Source: Felis catus (Eukaryota). Taken from it: DNA of 64,000 bases. The stretch lies in assembly GCF_018350175.1 (NCBI RefSeq), contig NC_058383.1, positions 13,022,001 to 13,086,000 on the forward strand. The letters are read 5' to 3'. Below the pieces are notes generated by a model that was not told the origin of the DNA, searched no databases, and saw nothing but the letters and a program-made list of their open reading frames with translations. Positions 53,110 through 64,000 of this stretch are shown piece by piece (positions within the stretch are counted from its first letter, which is position 1; the number at the start of each line of letters is the position of its first letter). Both the position numbers and the translations under genes were made by a program.

Positions 53110-53325
53110 GTGGCACCTGGGTGGCTCAGTCGGTTGAGTGTCCAACTTCAGCTCAGGTCACGATCTCACAGTCCATGAGTTCCAGCCACGTGTCGGGCTT
53201 TGTGCTGACAGCTCAGAGTCTGGTGCCCACTTCGGATTCTGTGTCTCCCTGTTTCTCTGCCCCTGCCCCACTCACACTCTGTCTTTCTCTCTTTCTAAAA
53301 TAAATAAACATTTAAAAGAAAAAAA
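53110..53325 (+). mobile_element. Feliform CanSINE
   Basis: Head gtggcacctgggtggctcagtcgg; TSD aagttgt(g/a)tagttct (53094-53108 / 53326-53340). Confidence 0.95.
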
Positions 53326-53413
53326 AAGTTGTATAGTTCTAGATTTTACATTTAGGTTTATGACACATTTTTACTTAATTTTTCTAGTTAGACTGAGATG
53401 TGAATCAGAATTA

Positions 53414-53527
53414 TTGTTGTTGTTGTTGTTGTTGTTATTTTCAGTAAGCTCCACACCCAGTGTGGGGCTTGAACTCAGAATCCTGAGGTTAAGAGTCACG
53501 TGTTCCACCAAGCCAGCCAGGATGCCC
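53414..53527 (-). mobile_element. Short tRNA-Lys-derived CanSINE with (TTG)n tail
   Basis: ...gtggggcttgaactc...gagtcacgtgttccacc...gccagccaggatgccc; TSD tgaatca(g/a)aat. Confidence 0.85.
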
Positions 53528-53561
53528 TGAATCAAAATAAATTTTTTGCATATATAGACAC

Positions 53562-53565
<4 letters not shown>

Positions 53566-53609
<44 letters not shown>
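53566..53609. repeat. (AC)22 microsatellite
   Basis: Direct count. Confidence 0.95.
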
Positions 53610-53611
<2 letters not shown>

Positions 53612-53962
53612 CTTGTCCCATCAGCATTTCTCCACAGAATTGTTTTTGTGTTTTTGCTGAAAACCAGTTGTCCAGTTATATGTGGGTCTATTCCCGTACT
53701 CTGTTGTGTTCCATCGGTCTGTTTTTCTGTTTTCATGCCAGTACAGGATTACAGTTACTGTAAGGCAGTGTGAAAGGCGGAAGCGTTGGGTCCCTTAGTT
53801 ATTCCTCTCCTAACCTGCTTTCCTGTGATAGCTTGTTGATTTGTCTCTTGCACCCCCACTAAACAGCCTAAGTTCAGGGATCCTTTCTTATGTATTTCTA
53901 ATGGGTGGCAAAGTGTCTGGTACAGGGTAGGTTTCTTTTGTTTTAATTAGGAATTATTATTT

Positions 53963-54170
53963 CAAAAAAAAGTTTTTAAATGTTTATTTATTTTTGAGAG
54001 ACAGAGGAGTACTCTCTCTCAGAGTATGAGCAGGGGAGGGGCAGAGAGAGAGGGAGACACAGAATGTGAAGCAGGTTCTGTCAGCACAGATCCCGATGTG
54101 GGGCCTGAACCTGGAATCATGACCTGAGCCAAGACTGGACGCTTAGCCGACTGAGCCACCCAGGTGCCCC
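53963..54170 (-). mobile_element. CanSINE
   Basis: Reverse head ...gactgagccacccaggtgcccc; degenerate TSD aatt(a/t)ggaatt. Confidence 0.92.
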
Positions 54171-57028
54171 ATGAATTTGGAATTGTTTTTGAATGCTGTA
54201 TTGGTTATTTTGTTTGTAAATTCCTACACACACAGTCTCCTTACTAAAAAGTTCAGTTCCTGAAAGTGTGTTCAGAAGGCTAGAGTAGGGGCTAGTGTCA
54301 CCATGTCCGGACAGAGTTAAGTTTTGAAAGAGCTGTATGTTTTGTTTCTTTCTAGTTTTTCACTTCTTACAATCGCTATAAACACTCTCCCTTCATTTGC
54401 ACTTAAGGGAAGAGATGGAATCAGTGTTCGTAAAACCATTCGAAAATAAGTGCAAATGCAATACAGAAAGCCAACAAAGGACTTGACAAACCAAAATGAC
54501 AGAACACAGCCGGGAACGCTCTTTGATGGTGACAGGCCGAGGCGCTTTTTCTTACTTCCTTCCCCTGGCTTCTTTGTTATTTCTTTCCAAGTCCCTGAGA
54601 TCAGATAGCTTACAGAAGAGGCTGTTTCCGCTGTACCCCTCTTTCCCACATTACATACACATGGGCTTGTGCAGACACACATGCCACAGATGCTTTGTAA
54701 GTGATAGGCTGCTCTCAGATTAGTTTGGTTGGAAAAATCAGATGGAGACTCTCTTTCTAAAACCCATTTCATGCAAGGCAGGCAAATTGTGCCCTCATTT
54801 TCTATTGTCTCTGGCTTCATCTGTAATCAGCAAATGCAGCCCCGCCGCTGAGACAGTGCTTCATCTGCAGTTTGTCGCTCTCCCCTAGTCTGCACAACAC
54901 TGAACCATCTCATTTTGAAATTCAGGAGTGGCAGAAGAAGCCTCTGGTGAGAGATTATAATTTGAGAGCAGGGAAAGTCAAGAGCAAGATCACCTGTTTT
55001 GTGGAAGCCTGGGTGTTGAAGGAAGTAGTCGGTCTCCTGAGCCTCTCCGCGTGTGTGCCACTGTGACCCTCCCCTCCATCGCCAGTGACCTAAAAATCAC
55101 ATAATTTCAACTACTCATGAAACCTATTCCCATCTGTTATGCGTGGCTTGTGTGCTTACCCCCTCGATTGCCAGCAAATATGTCTAAATCTTTTTACTTC
55201 CTAGCCAGCCTTCTGTTGTTGGCTGGCTGGCTTTCTTGCTTGCTTCCCTGATTGTCAAATGAATGCCTTAAAACATTTTCTTCCAGACATCTTCCTTATT
55301 CTTCCGACCTCCCTACTCTCCCTCCCAGTGTTTGTCTGCTAAATGCTTCCTCTGCCAAGTATGGGGCACAGTCACCTTGTTTTCCAAAAGCACTGCAGGT
55401 CATTTGGATGCACACTAATTTTCTCTGGGAATTGCTAGCCTGCATGGTGGTAGACAAGTGAGCCGACTGGCCTTTGAAAGTCATCATTCGTTGAGGGTAA
55501 AGATTTATTCTATAAAACACACAGTTTCATTCCCACATTGTAGCGGTGCTTTGTAGACCACCCAGGTTTCTTTCAGGAAATTCTTAAATTAGTTGCTCAT
55601 AGTTTGTTGGTGAATGGATATATGCACACATACACACGCATATAATCATGTGCATAGCTCTTCAGAATGTTGTAAGGTGAGTAATTTATAATCAGTATTT
55701 TTGTCTTTGATTCTTGTCGCTCATAGTGGACATTTTTTTGTCATTTTTCCTCCAAGACATTCAGTGAGACATTACATGATTATTTTACTTTATACATGGT
55801 AAGTAGCCAGTAAATGTTTACAGAGGGAAAGAATAAACAGCAGCCTGGTTTATTCAAGAATTATACCAAAGTGTCTATGCAGCAATTTATAAATAAAATG
55901 ATATCTTTGAGAGAATAAAGGTAATTTCTCATCTTTGGAAATATAAACTGCTTATATAATAAAAACCTTTTAAAGACTCTTGATTTCTTACCTCTTAAAC
56001 CACCACCTTTACACACACTTTGATCCTTTCTCTCCTCCTCTTCCCCCACCAACACCCTCCAGAGTTGAAAATCTCAATATTAATTGGAACTAAGATGATT
56101 GTACTTGCTGCTGCTAAGACTTCGGCAGGTCTCTTACAAGCTAATGTCACGGCATGGGGTCCATTTGCTCTGTGTAGCTATTCTGTGGTGCGGTGAGAAT
56201 GCCTTGATTAATATGCTACATGAAAATAAAATGGATTTGGAAAAAATTATACCATACTCTCATAAATATTAATTCACATTTGTATGGAATTGCACATAAT
56301 TTTCAATATACTTTGGAGCACCTTCCGTATGAAAGGAGATTTGGTCTCCAAAGAGAATGGCATAATTTTTTTAAAAGCGCAGTTGATACATTATTAAGTA
56401 TCATTTGTTTATTAATCTGATACTCTACATGCATATAATGTGGGCAGTAGGTGGGTTGTGTGACAAAGAGAGGAGTGTTTTGTTTTTTTTTTTTTTTTTT
56501 TGACCCCGTGGGGAGTTGCTACATTACTCTTAGCAGAAATAGTACAACTGAGCACATTGCTTAGAAGCAGTCCACGATGCAACTCACCTGGCTGCTTCTG
56601 CTAGCATTGCGTCATTCCTGAGTATCTTTTCATGATAACTGACTGTTTTGGTTGCATGTGATGTTAAACGCAGCGTAGTTTGAGCTGAGCAGATGTCTGA
56701 CATAGCTGACTGTGGTAGTGGACGGTGGAGAAAGGAATAAATACAGCAGACATTTATTGAACACTTACCATGTGTTAGGCATAGTGTACAAGGTTCTGAG
56801 ACTGTGGAATCAATGCCCATGTGATCACTTCGATCCCAACTTGTCCCCTAAACACTGACCACCACATCCTCGTTGGCCCGGAGAGCTGCCTCTTCAATGG
56901 CAGAGGGTAAATCATCTGCAGTGACAGCAGCTAGAAGTTAGACCAGAAGCCACTCATTTGCCTTATGAGATGGGTATTTTTGATGTCTTCTTGCTCCAGG
57001 GATAAGGCCTTTTACCCCTTCTGGGGTT

Positions 57029-57032
<4 letters not shown>

Positions 57033-57065
<33 letters not shown>

Positions 57066-57273
57066 TTTTTAACATTTATTTATTTTCTGGGACAGAGAGA
57101 GACAGAGCATGAACGGGGGAGGGGCAGAGAGAGAGGGAGACACAGAATCGGAAACAGGCTCCAGGCTCCGAGCCATCAGCCCAGAGCCTGACGCGGGGCT
57201 CGAACTCACGGACCGCAAGATCGTGACCTGGCTGAAGTCGGACGCTTAACCGACTGCGCCACCCAGGCGCCCC
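57033..57273 (-). mobile_element. Very young feliform CanSINE, antisense to AUTS2
   Basis: 14 intact CpGs, long T tract, perfect 17-bp TSD cccttctggggtttctt (57016-57032 / 57275-57291). Confidence 0.97.
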
Positions 57274-57444
57274 ACCCTTCTGGGGTTTCTTGCTGTTTGC
57301 TGTGATCTTGTTTCAGCGATGCCTGCTAGGTTCCTTGGTTTCCTGTTTCAGTGAACTTTTCTAGTTTGCTTCACTCTGTGGTAGTGCCAGCTTGGGGTGT
57401 TGTTAACTCACTGTTGTGGCTTAATAGGTTTGGATAGTTTAACC

Positions 57445-57910
57445 AGTTGTCTCACTTATTTATCTAGCAAACATGAACATATATACCACCTGTTATTTGC
57501 CTGACTCTCTATGTGAAGCATTGGGGTTACTGAGATGAATGGTAACTTAGTCTGTGCCCTGATTCTTTTAAGGGGTCATGCTGCCAGCTGCCTCAGGGCC
57601 TTGGCATAAGCTGTTCTCTCTGCTCAGACTTTGAGAACTAGGTCAAATGGTAGTCATCTCCTCAGCACCAACCCACTCTGCTGGATGAGACCATTTCCCC
57701 CAATTTTAGCTCCTTTTTTCTTTCCTTTAGAGCAGATAGTTCAGTTTGCAGTGAAATCTTTGTGTGATTTGATTAGTATTTGTCCCTAAATTTTAAGCTC
57801 CATGAGGTGGGCATTTTTTCCACACAGGATTGTTTACCCAGTGCCTCTAGGACAATGCTAAGTTTGTACTTGGTATGGACTGGGTGCACACAGAATACTT
57901 GTTGAATGTG
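57445..57910. mobile_element. L2 fragments
   Basis: cctcagggccttggcataagctgttctctctgc...aagctccatgagg...aatacttgttgaatg. Confidence 0.55.
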
Positions 57911-59284
57911 TGATGGCTTGAGAGCAGCACTTTGCATTATAGGAAAGGTCTTCCTGAATGGGCAGCCCTGGTAAGAGTCCTTTAGGAAATGGGTGTGTGT
58001 GTGGACAGTAGGGCTTTGAGGCAGATGTAAAGGTCCCAGGTTCCGTACTTATTAGTATCAGCCCTGGCTGATCTGGGGAAAGAGCTTGAGGAACAGCGTG
58101 TATCTCAAATGGGCAGTGCTGGATATTGGGAAGCAGTAGGATAGAGAACTCTCCAGGGACAGAAGACTGTAAAGGAGGAGAGAGGGGGAAGGGGTAGGGG
58201 AGGTGGGAGAAGGGAAGGGGAAGAGAGAGAGAGAGGTATTTTTAAGGAGAAGGTAAAGGGAAACTTCCCTTTTAGTTATTGTTTGTTTTAATGTACCTTT
58301 GTTTAGGACCACGGAAACAATTTATTTGTATAGGAGGTGAGGCTCCATGAAGGAGCATTGTTGTGTAAATAGGATCACGTCTACTCATTTACAAGTGACT
58401 GAGTGCTAAATCTCTTTTAATTTCAGTGCTTAATGTGTACAACATTTCTCAGGGTTCAAAGGACATTCACTCATGTCCTACCAGTGGAGTACTTCAAGTG
58501 TCCTAAGGAATAATGGCAGTGTCAGGCCGTGGACCCAGGTCTTTTAGTATTTCAGTAGATTCTGAGCTGTCTGCAGGCCCAGAACTCGCTAGATCTCATG
58601 GCCTCAAATGCCCGCCTCTAGGCTCTACAGATGCTGCTTCCTATTCCAGGACATCCATTACCCTTCTCCTACCCTTTCTACCCGCCCCGCCCAACCACAC
58701 ACAACAATAAATGAAAAGTTGCTGTAGATCTTGGTGATAATATTGTTGTTACATTTTGCAGAGAACTGGGAATTAAGGATGCTCAGAGGAACTTGTGGTA
58801 AAAATATATAATGCATTAAGGAAACATTTTAATCATATGAATTGATAGTTTCTTTCTTGCTGGCTCATGTCCACCTGGCCTGGTATAGTCGGTCTTTTTT
58901 TTTTCTTTTTTTTTTCTTTTTTTTTTTTTTTATCACGCATGCACTTAGTACTTCTTTTCTGAAACATAATTGACGTACCTACTTGGAAAGTGAGTGTATT
59001 GAGCCTCCTTGGGGAATGTCATTGTGTGCTGGACCTAGCTGAGAATCACACTGAAAGCCACTAAGCAGTGAAATCACTTTTAATGGACAGATGCTTTGTG
59101 CTTTGTTGACTTTTCTGCCCAACCAGAATAGAAAGGATCTATTTGTGGTGGCATTAGGGATTCAGAAAAATTGAGAGCCATGTTTCTCAGTTTTAGGTAT
59201 TCTCATATCCTGCTTTCCTGCTTTCTCCACTCCCTTCTTATAACCCCATTTAGCCTGTGTTTTGGATGTGACCTTAGACACCTG

Positions 59285-59324
59285 TGTAACCATCATTTCC
59301 CTTTCCTTCTCTTCTTTTCTATAG
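59285..59324 (+). promoter_or_regulatory. 3' splice site of exon 2: candidate branch point (tgtaac 59285-59290), polypyrimidine tract, AG
   Basis: tgtaac catca tttccctttccttctcttcttttctatag directly before the exon. Confidence 0.8.
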
Positions 59325-59570
<246 letters not shown>

Positions 59571-60439
59571 TAGAAGATCCCTGCTTCAGATACCTGCCCC
59601 TCTGTGGTTCTTCCTGACAGGTGGAGAAGACGTCCTCGTTGGGCTGCTGGAGGGTTGCCCCTCAGAGTTGTGTAAACAAGCCAAGCTCAGAGTTTTTATT
59701 ACTTTTGAAACTTCAGCGTTGGTATCCTTGTCGTCAGATGTGTTCACTGCAACAAAGCTTGATGCTGGTGCTACTGGTGTGCGGGGCAGACTGGCTGGCA
59801 GGGCAGAGATCTTCATAATTGGGACCAATGGAACGGGCAGGTGTGATCACATACATTGTGGATTTCAAGGTTCTGAGGTGTTAAAAATGTTTGTCCACAC
59901 GCAGGCAGTGCCTTGCATCAGATTTCTGCTTTCCAGAGCAGCTCAAGTATTGTGGCATGTGGGAGAGCAGTGGCGAAGAAACGAATTTGCCTTTCAGTTC
60001 TTCAGCTGTTCTCATAGTCCATAATTCAGGACTGTCTTTGTGATCTGCTGATTGTATGAAAGTCTGGTGATAGGGCCTACTGGTCTGTTAATAATTAGGT
60101 TTCAGTGATCCACAAGAAAATATAGCTCTTGGCATTTGGGGAGCCTTTCTGCCTGTGGAAATCCCCACATGAGATAGATTAATAATGAGAAACGCAGCTG
60201 TTTATAGCAATTTTTTTCTGCACAAATCCAGAGGCTTTAGTGCCAGCTGAGTTACCTGTGTCCTGGGTGTGTTTTGTTTGTTTTTGGCGGGACCACTGGG
60301 TGGGATTGACTATCACTTGAAGGAAGCAGAGGAAGGGAATGTGGTTCACAGAGCAGGTGCTGCTAATTAGAAGCCAAACAGGTAATTTCCAGTTTGCAGA
60401 TGTTTCTTTGCAGAGGGAGAAATCCGGGATCTTATAAAA

Positions 60440-60605
60440 CAGTGGTTCCAAAGCTTCACAGATCATTAGAATCATATTATGAGTGTTAGTAAACACACAC
60501 TTCTGGCCCCTCCTTAGGACCTAATCTCTAGGGGGCAAGGCACAGAACTTGGTGGTCTTAGAAATTTCCTATTTGATAACGGCCAGGCCAGTTTGGAAAT
60601 CATTA
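60440..60605. mobile_element. MER5-like MITE
   Basis: cagtggttccaaa...cattagaatca...tttggaaatcatt inverted ends. Confidence 0.55.
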
Positions 60606-60889
60606 TTCTAAAGCATCAAGAGTGAATTTTTGGTGGTGATTTTTAGTGAAAAGATTGGAAAGAGCAAAAGGCTCAATATGATGTAGACTCTGGAATGAGA
60701 GCTGGGGTCACAGTTCAGCCTGATGGGTAATGAGAGAGGTATATTGCCGAGAAAACATCTAAAGTGATGGATGTCAGTCAGCGTGGACGCAGAAGGATCT
60801 CAGGGAAGCGTTCCCACATCTGACACACAGGGAATGTTTTCTGAAGGCACATATGTGTCCTGAAATGAAATGCCAGAATGGTGTTGTAA

Positions 60890-61110
60890 TAGTGACTATT
60901 AACATTTATCTGATGCATACCATGTTACAGTCATTAACAAGGGAGTGTGATCTGTCATTCTCACAATGACCCCGGGTAGTGGGTGATAAGATGTTTACTT
61001 TCCAGATGGGGAAACTGGATCTCAAAGAGGTAAAGTGACTTATCTCAGGCCTCTCACAATGAGATATGAGCCAGGGTTTAGACCCAGATTTCTTTGTATT
61101 GCTCTATTTT
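60890..61110 (-). mobile_element. MIR
   Basis: tttccagatggggaaactggatctcaaagaggtaaagtgactt...gagccagggtttagacccag. Confidence 0.7.
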
Positions 61111-64000
61111 CCCTGTATATTCTGCCTCCTTTGTTTGAGAAAAGGATTGTGCATGAAGAGAAAGAGAACTCCAGGTCACAGGTTGGAGGGGGTCTTACAA
61201 GTATTTCTAGGAACTATGTGAGTAGTTAAGTCATAGGGAGTGACTTTGGTTATAGAAATGGTGTATGAAGCCATAAGAAGAAACATGATAAACTACCAAG
61301 TTCAGAGGGCAGAGAAAGAGCTGGAAAGCTTGAACGCAACCACATTTGTATAAAGATTTCTTTTTTTTATTTTAAAAATAATTGTTTGTGGAAAGAGTGG
61401 AGTGAGGGAGGAAGGGCTAGGGTCTATAAAAGGTGATATTCCTGTGGTATATGTGGCTCCCAACCCACGCTTCTCTGTATGAGGTATGTGAGAAAGGTCA
61501 TTCTTCCCGCTGGAGAGAGGCTGCAGTGTGACCACTACCACTCCCCCAGGTCCTCCCTCCCAGCAGGGTTGGAGGAAGGCTTCCTACCTTCCAGACAAGA
61601 AACCAATTTAATCCTGAGTCTACAGTAAACTCTGGTTCCTCATCCTTGACTCTCTAATCCCAGACTTCATTTGACTTTTCCACTCTCTGTGCTCAAAATT
61701 CTTCTTTCTCCCTTGTCCTCGTGTGATCATCAAAGAAGGCCAGGACTTGTGTGTCTCAGATTCAGGTGGCTTTTGGTTCTAATGGTCATCCTTCTGGTAC
61801 AAAATGGCACTTGAAATCAGAGCTATCCTTCTTTTAGGCAAAATATTTGAAAAGCAATTATTTTGACTCACTCCTTATGAATCATGGAGAAGGAAAGAAT
61901 GAATCGTACCTTTCTGGTCAATGTAAGAGTTTTCAAAACAAGTGGTGTTTTTCTTATCTTCAGTGTTGATGCCAAAATATACTCCCCAAATCGAGTGTTG
62001 TGTTTCTAGTAGGAAGGGAAGCAGAAGTTGATAACTGAAATAAAGCTCTAATACTTTTCAATTGTAGTCTTCCTAGAATCACATGTACTATTTTGAAACC
62101 TTGAACAAATCACTGTGTGTTGCTGGAAGGTGAGGGGTTTGGCCTAGGTGATTTCTCAAGCTCCTCTCTCTGAGTTCCATGGTTCTTTAAATTGATGAAC
62201 AACACAGAGACACATAATGTTTTCAAGGTCTATAAAGGAAGACTGCAGGAGGTCTGAGTGTATTTCACTTCGGAGTCTCTAGTTGATAATTGTGTGAAGA
62301 CATTTAAAAGAGAAAAGTAGGAGGCAGAGGCATGGCTACGTGTGTGTTGCCCAGACAGGTGCTCTCTGTTGTGTGATCATTGGTAAAAGATGACACACAC
62401 AGGTGCGTAAGGGCCACAGCACATGCTCAAAAGCTTGTGCTAACGGTACTGGACGTTGCTTTCCTGTTGTGCTAGATGCATGGACACATCACAGTTACTT
62501 TTTCCCTTGCCTTTGCCTCCTACCAGATAAAGTAGCTGAATCTGACCATCTTAACTGGGAGGGGGCCTTGAGATGAGAATGTCCTTGAGGAGAATTTCAA
62601 AATTAATGGATTGTTGCTTAGTGCCTCTTACTGAGGGAGTTATAATCGGAAGAACTACAGAGGAAAGAGGGCCGTAGGAGGTGAGAATTTCGTCTTTATT
62701 TTTGACTTGGTGAGAGTGGATTAGGTTTGCATCTTATTAGGAAATGGTACTTCCTGAGCAGGCACCTTAATGCACAGCTTTCCTGTAATTATGGGAAGAT
62801 GTTACTCCTTCATGGAGAGGAAATAATAAGATTTTTTTTTTTTTTTTCTGAGAATCCGTTGAAGGCAACTAATCTTTTTACCAGGAGAGTGCAATTATAT
62901 ACTTTTATAAGAGAGATGCGTAGTTCTAAAATCAAGCTGCTTTTTCCTTCTCTTGCCTGATTATGAAACCTCAATTCTTGTGGTATTTTCTCATACTGGG
63001 AAAAGAAAGCTTTTTAACTGGCACTTAACCACCCCAGTGGAACTTACTTGTTGGATTATGTTGTTAAGTATAAATACATACTCACGTAGAGGATGCTGCG
63101 CTGGCAGCTGTCTTTTAAAATGGCTGCACCTTTTTATATGGCAGGTTTGAACATTCTCCTTAATTTCCAAAGGGGGTTTTAAAAAGGAAAAGAGGAATAA
63201 GTTAACTTTTACAAAAGAATGCACGTCTTTCTGACCCCCGAGCCTTATATATATCCTGCACAGAACTATTTGCTCATGATGGGAACATTCAGACATTATA
63301 TTTAAACAGTTTTAGCTTTTAGTTTTTAACTAGTACTTTTAAAATAGTACTAGTAAAGATGTGTGGTAGAGTTTTTGTCCCCCTCTTTACTTAGACTTGG
63401 GCCTGGGAAACCAGAACAGAGGCTGCCCAGGTTGTCTGTGTAAGGAGCCTGATTCTCTACCTGCCAGACTAAGTCACAGTGAAACTGCTAAGGGACACAA
63501 TGAAGTGACCCACGGCCAAACCCTCTAGCCAACTTAGGACTTCCTCAGAAGCATTTTTGGAAAATGTAACTCTTCCCAGGGCGTTGAATTTTCTTTCAGT
63601 ATATCTCACTTCTAGACCACAGCAGAGGATTTAAAATTTTACTACTTTGTAGTTGAAAACACAGAGAGCAAAGGAGTTTTAAAAATAGAGAAGCAATGAG
63701 GAAAAGTTAATGGGAGTTAGGAGAACTCTCAGATTTGGCTCAGAATCGGTGTTCTTGTACTTCCATTTAGTCCATTAGCCTGCCTTTTCTCTCTCTAGTA
63801 GGAACTGAACCAGAGGAAAGAGGCTTAAATGAACTAGGAGGAATTTTTAGGCCATATGAACTCTTACAACAAACAGATACCAGAATGGATCATCAAAATA
63901 AACCACAGAGTCTCCCTCATAACTGAATTTCAGTTTCTAAAAAGGCATTCAGCTAAGGATGGGATTTCTGAGACAAAGAGGCAACCTACTGAGATTGCTT

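Larger units (their letters stand above)
51675..53770 (-). mobile_element. L1MB-type 3' region with three nested CanSINEs
   Basis: acagctttattgagatataattcacatacc 3' end, followed by antisense ORF2 C-terminal motifs (ctcattgtggttttagtttgcatttctctgatgact). Confidence 0.8.
1..59324 (+). other. AUTS2: 3' part of AUTS2 intron 1
   Basis: Lies upstream of the exon 2 acceptor. No other recognisable coding exon or CpG island is present, consistent with the very long first intron known for AUTS2. Confidence 0.85.

Noticed and set aside
1..59324. Placing published AUTS2 human-accelerated or validated enhancer elements in this window
   Set aside because: I cannot recognise their sequences or map coordinates without alignment, so none is claimed.
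63329..63354. Small inverted repeat actagtact-N8-agtactagt
   Set aside because: 9-bp AT-rich arms can occur by chance and are too short for a pre-miRNA.

Overview
This is mammalian (felid, probably cat or a close relative) genomic DNA, not a prokaryotic or accessory region. The taxon call rests on 18 feliform-type CanSINEs. The only coding sequence I can support is a 213-nt internal exon at 59325-59537 (+), bounded by canonical AG/GT sites. It encodes [71 protein letters not shown], which I recognise as AUTS2 exon 2. The window is therefore the last ~59 kb of AUTS2 intron 1, exon 2 and the first ~4.5 kb of intron 2. The rest is interspersed repeats (CanSINE, L1, L2, MIR, MLT1, MER5, MER53, Zaphod-like), microsatellites and repeat-poor unique blocks that may be enhancers. 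I found no convincing novel biological system. The best leads are a CAGATG E-box cluster ~4.5 kb upstream of exon 2, a young antisense SINE with acceptor-like architecture, a possible in-frame 42-nt cryptic exon, inverted SINE pairs able to form dsRNA, and a MER53 hairpin broken by two SINE insertions. Repeat family names come from recalled consensus sequences, and old-repeat boundaries are approximate.
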